A DNA stretch of 64,000 nucleotides from Candidatus Undinarchaeota archaeon (GTDB lineage: Archaea > SpSt-1190 > JASMDC01). The translations under genes were made by a program, and so were the position numbers. Below are positions 1-7,494 of this stretch, in pieces (position 1 is the stretch's first letter; the number at the start of each line of letters is the position of its first letter). The notes under the pieces were generated by a model that was not told the origin of the DNA, did no database searches, and saw only the letters and a list, made by a program, of their open reading frames with translations. The stretch covers positions 378,132-442,131 of the forward strand of contig CAZFHY010000001.1 in assembly GCA_964519305.1 (NCBI GenBank), in the 5' to 3' direction.

Positions 1-246
1 TCCTCGGTCCCCGGTGGCTACACCACCTGGACGGGCACTTCCATGTCCACGCCCATGGTGACCGGCGCCGTGGCAGCCATCAAGTCAAGGTACAACGACA
101 TTTCAAACGATGATATCAAAGAGACGCTCCTGACCTCGGGCACCGAGGCCACGAGCAGCGTCCTCCGCCCCTGGCATAGCCTTACCGTCGAGTACAACGT
201 GCTCGACCTCGAGTCCGCCGCCGACCTGCTCGATGAACGTGCATGA
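1..246 (+). CDS. S8 (subtilisin-like) serine protease, C-terminal part (5' truncated by window)
   Basis: Frame 1 is open from base 1: SSVPGGYTTWTGTSMSTPMVTGAVAAIKS contains the S8 catalytic-Ser motif GTSMxxP. Confidence 0.85.
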   Translation, partial: SSVPGGYTTWTGTSMSTPMVTGAVAAIKSRYNDISNDDIKETLLTSGTEATSSVLRPWHSLTVEYNVLDLESAADLLDERA

Positions 247-265
247 TTCACGGCCTTGTTGGACC

Positions 266-375
266 GAGAAAGTTCGGGGGGCGGTGGTGGCAGCGAGGAA
301 GCGTAAACAGGAATAGGCGGCGCTTCCCCTTCCCGCCCCCCAGGAGGGTGCGAGAACGGAGTTCCCGTTCCCCCC
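266..375 (-). ncRNA. Putative structured ncRNA, copy 1 of 3
   Basis: TATATAT preceded by GAAAGG on the minus strand (400-412), G at 375. 5' hairpin, stem GGGGGCGG/CCGCCCCC, inner stem GGGGAAGCG/CGCUUCCUC, conserved GCUGCCACCACCGC (281-294), UUUCUC tail. Confidence 0.65.
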
Positions 376-399
376 GTCCATTAATCAGTCGTGGGCGGG

Positions 400-412
400 A
401 TATATACCTTTC
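400..412 (-). promoter_or_regulatory. BRE/TATA promoter for ncRNA copy 1
   Basis: Minus strand reads GAAAGG-TATATAT; no plausible CDS downstream. Confidence 0.65.
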
Positions 413-428
413 TAATCGATAGAATCGT

Positions 429-540
429 GAGAAGGGGCCGGGGGGCGGTGGTGGCAGCCAAAGGGAAGGCCAAGCAGCACTATTGATTAGGTGAACCTTC
501 CATCCCGTCCCCCGGGGGGAGAAAAGCACTCACTCTCCCC
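429..540 (-). ncRNA. Putative structured ncRNA, copy 2 of 3
   Basis: GGAAGG-TATAAAT (563-575), G at 540. 5' hairpin GGGGAGA/UCUCCCC, stem CCGGGGG..CGG/CCG..CCCCCGG, inner stem GGAAGGUU/GGCCUUCC, conserved motif at 445-458, CUUCUC tail. Confidence 0.65.
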
Positions 541-562
541 ATTATATCTAGTCATGCATGCC

Positions 563-575
563 ATTTATACCTTCC
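563..575 (-). promoter_or_regulatory. BRE/TATA promoter for ncRNA copy 2
   Basis: Minus strand reads GGAAGG-TATAAAT, 29 nt before G540. Confidence 0.65.
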
Positions 576-604
576 GTAGACGAGGTCCGGGCAGAAAGGA
601 TGTG

Positions 605-710
605 GAGAAAGAGGCCCGGGGGAGCGGTGGTGGCAGCCAAGGATGGTCAGAAAAAAACAGGGAACCCATCCTATGTCGTCCCCCCGGGAGGCGTGTTTGC
701 CGTTTTCCTC
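605..710 (-). ncRNA. Putative structured ncRNA, copy 3 of 3
   Basis: TATATAT (734-740), G at 710. GAGG/CCUC 5' hairpin, stem CCCGGGGG/CCCCCGGG, inner stem AGGAUGG/CCAUCCU, conserved motif at 624-637, UUUCUC tail. Confidence 0.65.
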
Positions 711-733
711 AAATTGGTCATGGCGTGGATGGC

Positions 734-746
734 ATATATACGTGCC
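734..746 (-). promoter_or_regulatory. TATA promoter for ncRNA copy 3
   Basis: Minus strand reads GGCACG-TATATAT, 30 nt before G710 and ~20 nt past the polB2 stop. Confidence 0.6.
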
Positions 747-761
747 GGACGTGAACTGCGC

Positions 762-2876
762 TCACCGTGCCCGTCCTCTGCGCGCGACGCACGCGGCCAG
801 AGTGAGCTGGTGACCACCGGGTGCCAGGCGCCTGGCGAGCTCCTCGGCAGGGATCCCGAAGGGGGCCAGGAGAGTCCCCGCGCTCCGGAGGAGTAGGTCA
901 GTGTACCGGTCGGGAGCGTATCCGTCGGCCTCGCCCGCGGGCACGGGCCGGCCCTCGGCACCCCACACGTACCGCACCTTCTGACCAGGAAGGAGCTCGA
1001 CGCCCTCGTCGCGCAATGCCGTTGCCACCACCGCCGTGGGCGAGCGGCCGCGGTAGTCTGAGCGGGACACCACCGTGCATACCTCCAGTTCATCGGACCG
1101 GACGTCACCGGACCGCACCCCTTCCACTGCCTGACGCAGCACCTCCACGGCACCGGGCAGGGCTTCGTGCACCGCGGCGAGATCGGGGCAGCCGGCGAGG
1201 ATGCCCAGGATGCGTGCCTGGAGCCGGCGCACCACCCCCGGCGCGTCCCTGCGTCGCGACTCGAGCCCACGCACCTTGAGCTCGCCGGTGACGTACCGAC
1301 CGAAGTAGCGGTTCGCCGCCGCGACCTCGGGGTGGAGACGCGAGGGGGAGAAGGCCAGCCATCCGTACACCCCCTCCAGCTCCAGTTCCACGTCCACGGC
1401 TCTACCGATGGCCGATGCCAGGCCGGCGAGCTCGTCATCCCGCCCCGCGAGAGTGCTCCCGTCCTCGTGCCGCAACCACAGGCAATCCACTATACCGTGC
1501 ACCACCGAGAACCCTGCCTCCTCGGCCATGCGAGCCGCGCGAACGAGCTTGTCACGACCGAAGGCGGTCACCGACTCGTGTGCCTCGATCCGGCCGAACC
1601 GGGCGTTGCGGTAGCCCAGGTACCCGAAGCATGTTACCAGCATCCATTTGAGCGACTGCTGGCGCCGCTCGTACCCCACGCGCTCCGCACCGCGCGTTGC
1701 CCGGGCCCGTCGCTTGTAGTGCCGCCGCCGCGCAAGCAGCGGAGCGATGGTCTCGGGCACCAGCCCGCGGCGCCTGCTGCAGAGATGATAGCCCAGCACG
1801 GGCACTGTCGCTACGCCATCGTCCCCGCAGCACGGGCACTGGACGGTCTCGGGCGAGATGTTGTGGTGGTCCATGATGGTGGGGTACATGGACGCGAAGT
1901 CCATCTCGGCCACCTGCTCCACGGCGCCCGGCACCGGCTCCAGCACCAGACCGCCCCGGTCCGCCTGTACCAGCTGCCAGGCGGTCTTGAACGCCTCGGG
2001 CTCGCCCTTGCGCCAGGGCACCAGCATATCGTGGCGCAGCGCCGTCGCCACCTCCATGGCGCTGATGGCAGTGCCCGGTGAGGTATGCGCCATGCGCTGA
2101 GGGGTGATACAGGATAGCCGGGACAGCTCGATGAGCCCCTCAAGCCCGCACCTGCGCACGAAGAAGGAATGGTCGCCGTCCACGTGCCATCGGCCGTGCA
2201 GTGTCTGGAACGGGGGCTTGTACACCACCCGCCCGTAGGATACGTAGGAACGCGCGCGCCGCCGCACGGCCTCCACAGGCTCACGGGATACCATATGGAT
2301 GTCAGCGCAGGGGCCGTGGGTTATCACCACGTCCGGGTCCCGTCCGATGCAGGCCGCGCGTGCGCTCCTTCCCCGGGACACCTCCACGACCTCGAGACGG
2401 GGCACCGAGTAGTCCATGGCATCGGCAGCGTCGCCGTCGAGCGTCACGTCACGCAACCGCCCGTCGTCGTCGGCAGTGAACCGCACCCGTGCCAGGGGGA
2501 ACAGCCCACGCTCGATGAGGAAACGCGTCTCGAGCGCCACGTCGCAGGTGCACACCTCGCCCGCCGTCCCCACGTCATCGCGGACCCGGGCCGCCGTCGC
2601 CTCCATCCGTGCCGGATCGGCGGGATGGACCTCTGCCACTGTGGCCTCATACCCGGACCACACGTCCGCGCGCCGTGCTGTCGCCACCCGGTCCACCCCG
2701 GGAAGCCGGCGCAGGCGGGGGAGGAGCCGGGCCAGGGGCTGTGTCCGCGGGAGCACGTAGAAGGGAGGACGGTAGGATGCTGCGAGGCGGACGGTACCTC
2801 CCTGCTCGCGCTTCACCCAGAGGGCGACCTCGCTCCCGTCGGCATGGACGTCAAGGACCCAACCCGTCCCCTGCAT
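762..2876 (-). CDS. polB2: Family B DNA polymerase, PolB2 group
   Basis: Motif A DFASMYP, motif B region KWMLVTCFGYLG, PolB2-type motif C HGIVD instead of YGDTD, degenerate exonuclease region, CPCC..C insert; typical PolB2 neighbours. Confidence 0.9.
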   Translation of the reverse strand: MQGTGWVLDVHADGSEVALWVKREQGGTVRLAASYRPPFYVLPRTQPLARLLPRLRRLPGVDRVATARRADVWSGYEATVAEVHPADPARMEATAARVRDDVGTAGEVCTCDVALETRFLIERGLFPLARVRFTADDDGRLRDVTLDGDAADAMDYSVPRLEVVEVSRGRSARAACIGRDPDVVITHGPCADIHMVSREPVEAVRRRARSYVSYGRVVYKPPFQTLHGRWHVDGDHSFFVRRCGLEGLIELSRLSCITPQRMAHTSPGTAISAMEVATALRHDMLVPWRKGEPEAFKTAWQLVQADRGGLVLEPVPGAVEQVAEMDFASMYPTIMDHHNISPETVQCPCCGDDGVATVPVLGYHLCSRRRGLVPETIAPLLARRRHYKRRARATRGAERVGYERRQQSLKWMLVTCFGYLGYRNARFGRIEAHESVTAFGRDKLVRAARMAEEAGFSVVHGIVDCLWLRHEDGSTLAGRDDELAGLASAIGRAVDVELELEGVYGWLAFSPSRLHPEVAAANRYFGRYVTGELKVRGLESRRRDAPGVVRRLQARILGILAGCPDLAAVHEALPGAVEVLRQAVEGVRSGDVRSDELEVCTVVSRSDYRGRSPTAVVATALRDEGVELLPGQKVRYVWGAEGRPVPAGEADGYAPDRYTDLLLRSAGTLLAPFGIPAEELARRLAPGGHQLTLAACVARRGRAR

Positions 2877-3129
2877 CCTCGTCCACCTCCGCCAGACGCG
2901 CGGTCAGCCGCTCGAGCGCCTTCTGGTGCTCCAGGAGCACCGCAAGCATCACCGGCTCCATGGCGAGCGGGCTGGCCGCCATGGTGGCGGCAGCGGCGTG
3001 GCCCCGGGCCAGGTCGAACAGCCGGTCGAAGGCATCCCGGTCCGGTCGCCGCAGCCCGTCACGGAAGGGCCGCCAGCGCGCCTCCTCGGCGGCCAGCAGG
3101 TGGCGGAACGTGGCCACGGTCCGGCCCAT
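2851..3129 (-). CDS. Small helical protein typical of polB2 operons (arCOG07300-like)
   Basis: MGRTVATFR..W.PFR..LRR.DR.AFDRLF pattern; overlaps the polB2 start. Confidence 0.8.
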   Translation of the reverse strand: MGRTVATFRHLLAAEEARWRPFRDGLRRPDRDAFDRLFDLARGHAAAATMAASPLAMEPVMLAVLLEHQKALERLTARLAEVDEDAGDGLGP

Positions 3130-3130
3130 G

Positions 3131-3796
3131 TCAGGCACCACACACAGCCCAGGGAAAGGGATCAGGCGTCGCCGCCAGCGGCACCACCGGCCCCCCCTCC
3201 AGCTGGAGCCGCAGCCCTGGGAGCAGCTCAGCGCACGCTACGGCCCGCCGCCGGGCCAGACGCTCCAGATACCCCTCATGCTCCCGGTCCAGGGTGACCA
3301 GGCACGCGGCGTTCGCGTATCGCACCGCGCGGGCGAGGGCGTCCAGGGTACGGCGGAAGAGCGCAACGCCCTCCCGTGCGGGCACGTCTGTGAACGAACT
3401 GGTCAGCGACAGCACCGCTACCAGCCGCGCCCCGGTGATCGCCAGCTGCCGGGGCAGCCTCTCTGTCACGAGCCGGGCCAGCTGGTGACAGGTGAACGCC
3501 CGGGAGACGGTCACGGCCTCCAGCACCCTCCGCGGCGGCGCGCCCAGGTGCTGTGCCCATCGCGACAGGGCCGAGGGGTCGAAGCGGTTGCCGCCGTCGA
3601 CCACAACGGCCCGCACCTCCCCCCCGGGCGCGAGCGCCGCCCTGGCCAGTGCCAGGGACACGGGGAAGGAGGTGGGTCGGAGCACGGTGACCCGGCCGGG
3701 CGCCAGGGGAAGCGCCACTGCCTCTCGACGGACATCGGAGGGATCGGTCCGGTCCAGGAACGGCTGCCGGGCCCCGTGCTCCCATGGAAGCGCCAT
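3131..3796 (-). CDS. Inactivated RadA/RecA-like protein of the polB2 operon
   Basis: VVDGGNRFDP and V.VSRAFT.HQL motifs with no Walker A. ATG 3796 lies ~31 nt below a TTTATTG box (leaderless). Confidence 0.8.
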   Translation of the reverse strand: MALPWEHGARQPFLDRTDPSDVRREAVALPLAPGRVTVLRPTSFPVSLALARAALAPGGEVRAVVVDGGNRFDPSALSRWAQHLGAPPRRVLEAVTVSRAFTCHQLARLVTERLPRQLAITGARLVAVLSLTSSFTDVPAREGVALFRRTLDALARAVRYANAACLVTLDREHEGYLERLARRRAVACAELLPGLRLQLEGGPVVPLAATPDPFPWAVCGA

Positions 3797-3855
3797 GGTA
3801 GAGATGAGCCGTTCATGGGTCAATAAAGCCGGCAGGCCGGCGTGCCGGTACTCGC

Positions 3856-3883
3856 GGTGTGTGAGCACACTCACTACCACACC
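3856..3883. promoter_or_regulatory. Nested inverted repeat upstream of the polB2 operon promoter (candidate operator)
   Basis: GGTGT-GTGAG-CACA-CTCAC-TACC-ACACC in the divergent intergenic region. Confidence 0.35.
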
Positions 3884-3972
3884 TAACACGGTCTTTTTCA
3901 ACCGTCCCGGCGTCGTCCTCTCTGGTGGGATGGACGGTACGAAAGCGCTCGCTGCTCAAGGGGGTCACATCC

Positions 3973-4713
3973 ATGGACATCATCATGCTGGTGTGCGTCC
4001 CCCTGATACTGGTGGTCGTTTGGGTGGACGCCGCCGTGTCCGAGGAGCGCCCGGTGAGACCATCGAGACCGCCGCCGCCCACGGGATATACCAGGAACGA
4101 GAAGGTCATGCTCTCGATCCCGACGTCCATCAAGATGACCCGCCAGAACCGGCAGCGCGACATCACCATCGCGATCAACAACATCAATCCCGACGACACG
4201 TGCTTCTGCGTCTACCCACACCTGCTACACGTGGATGGTCCCGGCTCGCGGAACTACACCATCGACCGTAACTTCACGACGCTGGAGGCCCGGCGCGGGC
4301 CGCTCGACGAGAAGACGAGGAAAAGATTGAAGCGCTACCTTCCATCGGAATGCTGGGAGGGGGTAGCCTCCTGCAGCCCGAACACGTGGTTCACGGGCCC
4401 CGGCCATATCGAGATCAACTTGGAGGAGGCTAACGCGCTGAAGACGAGGTTCAGCATCCCCGCCGATCCGCTCAGGGCGCCCAACGGCAGGTACGCGTTC
4501 ACCGTCGACGTGTGCGAGTACCGTCCCCCCTGCCTGACGTGGGATATAGCGGACCCTACGTGGTGCATCGAGCCTGCGGCGTGGTGCGAGGCATGCGAGC
4601 CGGAGAGCTGCCGTCAGAAACCGGCGCGGGAGTGTAACGGGAAGGTAAAGGACGACTGCTACGAGTGGTACGACTCGGAGTCGTTCCACGTGCAGCTGAC
4701 CGCACCGGACTGA
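3973..4713 (+). CDS. Secreted or membrane-anchored Cys-rich hypothetical protein
   Basis: N-terminal hydrophobic stretch, many Cys, NxT sequons; start uncertain. Confidence 0.65.
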   Translation: MDIIMLVCVPLILVVVWVDAAVSEERPVRPSRPPPPTGYTRNEKVMLSIPTSIKMTRQNRQRDITIAINNINPDDTCFCVYPHLLHVDGPGSRNYTIDRNFTTLEARRGPLDEKTRKRLKRYLPSECWEGVASCSPNTWFTGPGHIEINLEEANALKTRFSIPADPLRAPNGRYAFTVDVCEYRPPCLTWDIADPTWCIEPAAWCEACEPESCRQKPARECNGKVKDDCYEWYDSESFHVQLTAPD

Positions 4714-4777
4714 GGGGCCCGCCTTCCGCTCAGTTTAAATCGGTGAACCCTGTCGTGACCGCTATGGAGGGTCGAGG

Positions 4778-5689
4778 ATGAGGCTCAAAGTAGACAAGCT
4801 GTGCAAGTCGTACGGCGGCAGGGAGGTGCTCCACGAAGTGGACCTCACCGCGAGGGAGGGGGCGCTGACCGTCCTCCTGGGCCCCAACGGCGCCGGTAAG
4901 ACCACCACCCTCCGGTGCATCTGCGGCATCCTCATCCCTGACAACGGAACGGTGCTCCTGGACGGCACCGACGTGCGCGCGGACCGCCAGCGTGCACGCA
5001 AGGCCATGGGCTACCTCCCGGAGGAGAGCCACGTGTACGACGACATGGCGCCACTGGAGTACCTGCGGTTCTTCGGCCGGCTGCTCGGGATGGACGGGAC
5101 CGACCTAGAGGCGCGTGCCGAGGACCTGGTCAAGGAGTACGGCCTGCAGGGTCACGCAGAGCTTCCCGCGCGGGCGCTCTCCAAGGGTCTGCGTCGGCGG
5201 CTGGAGCTTGCGCGCACACTGCTCCCTGATCCGCCGGTGCTCATTCTGGACGAACCGGCCTCGGGCCTGGACCCTGCCAGCTCGGCAGCGCTCAACCAGG
5301 AGCTGCTGTCGCTCAAGCGCGAGCGCACGGTGCTGGTGTCCACCCACCTCCTCCTCGACGCCGACCGGCTCTGTGACGACGTGGTCATCATGAAGGAAGG
5401 CCGTGTGGTGACCGCCGGGCCCAAGGACGTGCTCAAGGAGGCGCTTGCCGCCGAGCGTCGGTACGTGCTGGAGGTGCTCGGAAAGGAGCCAGCGGGGAAG
5501 GGTCTGGAGATAGAGGGTCTGCCCGGGGACCGATGGAAGGTCGTGTACCGGGGGACGCCGGCCGGTTTTGCCGCGCTCACCGGCCGCCTGTCCAGGTCGG
5601 GCGAGGTGGTCCGTGTGTCCGTCGATGAGCCGGGGCTCGACGACGTGTTCTTCCACGAGATCGGGGAGGTGGACGCGCCATCGTCCTGA
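4778..5689 (+). CDS. ABC transporter ATP-binding protein (ABC-2 exporter type)
   Basis: Walker A GPNGAGKT, signature LSKG, Walker B ILDEP, H-loop STH. Confidence 0.95.
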   Translation: MRLKVDKLCKSYGGREVLHEVDLTAREGALTVLLGPNGAGKTTTLRCICGILIPDNGTVLLDGTDVRADRQRARKAMGYLPEESHVYDDMAPLEYLRFFGRLLGMDGTDLEARAEDLVKEYGLQGHAELPARALSKGLRRRLELARTLLPDPPVLILDEPASGLDPASSAALNQELLSLKRERTVLVSTHLLLDADRLCDDVVIMKEGRVVTAGPKDVLKEALAAERRYVLEVLGKEPAGKGLEIEGLPGDRWKVVYRGTPAGFAALTGRLSRSGEVVRVSVDEPGLDDVFFHEIGEVDAPSS

Positions 5690-5724
5690 GGGGCGCCCTG
5701 GAGCTGTCCCGTCAGGAAGCGCGC

Positions 5725-7494
5725 GTGCTGGCCGGCTCCCGTCGGCTCTCCCTGGCACTGCTGGCGGTGCCGCTGCTCTCCCTGGTGGTGCTCTCCGCCA
5801 TGCGGACGAGCATGGAGCGCGAGCCTCCGTCGCTCAGGGACGTGTACCGGCTGGGCCGGTCGGGCGATCCCCGGGCCGATGAGCTGTTCGCCTCGCCGCT
5901 GATCGAGATGATCGCGTTCGCCGATCGCGACTCTGCCCACGAGGCCCTGCTCACAGAACGTATCGACGGCTACCTCTGGACCGATGAGATGGACGTGCAT
6001 GCACAGTACGGCATGTCACGCCGTTCCCGTGCCCTCCGTCGGCTGATGACCGATGTGCTCGAGGTCACAAACCTCCGTCTGTTCGAGCAGGAGGCCGCCA
6101 AGCGACCGCTCCCCGACGTGCTCCTGGCACCCCTCCTCATCGACTCAGACGCGCTGGACCGAGGGACCGGTTTCCGTCCGGTACCACGGGAGGAGACGCC
6201 CAGCGGCAACGTACGTCCCGGCCCCGGCAGCGTGCCCGCACCGCCGTCCATCGATCCCTCGCTACTGGTGGCCCGGCCTCCGGGCGAGGCCTACGCGGCC
6301 GACGACCTTGGCGAGCGCCTGGCACGGCCGGACACCGTGGAGGAGGGTGAGGAGCTGGCCGTCCCACAACCGGGCGGTACCAATCCAATCGCGGGCCTCA
6401 TGGCGCCTCTGGGCATGCTCATCCCCATCCTGTTCTTCGCCTCGTCCTTCGGCGTGTCGCTCACCGGCTCGCGCCTGGGTGGCGGGTACGAGGTGCTCTC
6501 TGCCTATGTCCCCCAACACGCGATCATGGCCGGGAAGGCCGCACCCCACGCACTGCTGGCTGTGGCGGTACCCGTGATCCTCTCGCTGGTCCTTGCACCC
6601 CCTGCCCGCGCGTCGCTCCCGCTCCTCGTACTGGCCACGACAGCGGTGGTGGCGACGTTCTTCGCCCTGACGGCGGCTGTATGCGTCACGACCTCTTCCT
6701 ACGCCTCCATGTCGGCCAGCCTCTCGGTGGCCTACTTCCTGGGGACCGTGGGCCTGCTGCTCCCCACCCTGCTGTCCGGTGTGCACGACGTTGCGTTCTA
6801 CTCGCCGCTGACCACCGTGCTCCATGTTCTCCGCGGCGAGCCACCGGGCGCTGAGCAGGTGGGCCTGTCGCTGTTCTTCCCCGGCGCGTTCTCGCTGGCC
6901 ATGCTGCTGGGCGTGCTTGGCGCCGCCCGCGGTACGGTGACCGGAGGCCACACCCTGTGGGAGGCCCTTGTGCTCGCTACCCGGGAATCGCTCCCAGCCG
7001 GTCGCCCATCGCTCCTGGTGGGCATGCTCACGGGCGCCGGTACCGTGTTCCTGGGGCTTGCGGGCGAGGTGGCGGTGGTGGCCCTGGCCACCCTGGTCCG
7101 CGTCCCGTTCATACTCCTGCTAACGGTCCTGATGGGCGTAGAGGAGGCCGTGAAGGGCGCTGCGTTCCTACTGCTCCACCGCGCCGGCCGCCTGCGCTCG
7201 GACGCGGGCGACGTGGTCCCCTTGGCCCTTGCCGTGGGTGTTGGGTTCCTTACCTTCGAGAAACTGTACAACATCGCGTTCATCACACCGTTCGTCGGTC
7301 TCGAAGGCGTCGCCCAGACCCTCGAGACACTGCTCATGCTCCCCATCCTCCCCGTCTCGCTGGTCGTCCACGGCGTGTGCACTACTGTGTTCGCGCTCGT
7401 GTACCTGCGTAGCCACCGCGTATCCCTCGCGCTGGCGGTGGCCACCCTCCTGCACGCCGCATACAATCTCGCGGTGGTGATGATGTGGATGTAG
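5725..7494 (+). CDS. ABC permease fused to a C-terminal PrsW-family intramembrane metalloprotease domain
   Basis: Multi-TM protein; C-terminal EEAVK, GF..FEK, H, H..YN motifs of PrsW. True start may lie upstream (5680/5686). Confidence 0.75.
   Translation: MLAGSRRLSLALLAVPLLSLVVLSAMRTSMEREPPSLRDVYRLGRSGDPRADELFASPLIEMIAFADRDSAHEALLTERIDGYLWTDEMDVHAQYGMSRRSRALRRLMTDVLEVTNLRLFEQEAAKRPLPDVLLAPLLIDSDALDRGTGFRPVPREETPSGNVRPGPGSVPAPPSIDPSLLVARPPGEAYAADDLGERLARPDTVEEGEELAVPQPGGTNPIAGLMAPLGMLIPILFFASSFGVSLTGSRLGGGYEVLSAYVPQHAIMAGKAAPHALLAVAVPVILSLVLAPPARASLPLLVLATTAVVATFFALTAAVCVTTSSYASMSASLSVAYFLGTVGLLLPTLLSGVHDVAFYSPLTTVLHVLRGEPPGAEQVGLSLFFPGAFSLAMLLGVLGAARGTVTGGHTLWEALVLATRESLPAGRPSLLVGMLTGAGTVFLGLAGEVAVVALATLVRVPFILLLTVLMGVEEAVKGAAFLLLHRAGRLRSDAGDVVPLALAVGVGFLTFEKLYNIAFITPFVGLEGVAQTLETLLMLPILPVSLVVHGVCTTVFALVYLRSHRVSLALAVATLLHAAYNLAVVMMWM

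Noticed and set aside
266-710. CRISPR array interpretation of the three GCGGTGGTGGCAGC repeats
   Set aside because: The repeat is only ~14-18 nt, the period is 164-179 bp, the intervening sequence base-pairs with the repeat flanks and carries its own TATA box, and no cas genes are in the window.
266-710. tRNA genes, T-box elements or small peptides
   Set aside because: No cloverleaf or TTC T-loop, and the ACCA is internal. The plus-strand UGGU lacks the T-box context and a downstream gene. Short ORFs in the units are not conserved between copies.
762-2876. Viral, casposon or plasmid origin of the PolB gene
   Set aside because: The motifs and both neighbours fit the cellular PolB2 operon. 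No integrase, Cas1, capsid gene or terminal repeats are visible.
2169-3826. Long plus-strand ORFs (439 aa, 405 aa) across the polB2 operon
   Set aside because: Arg/Pro/Gly-rich off-frame translations overlapping well-supported minus-strand genes.
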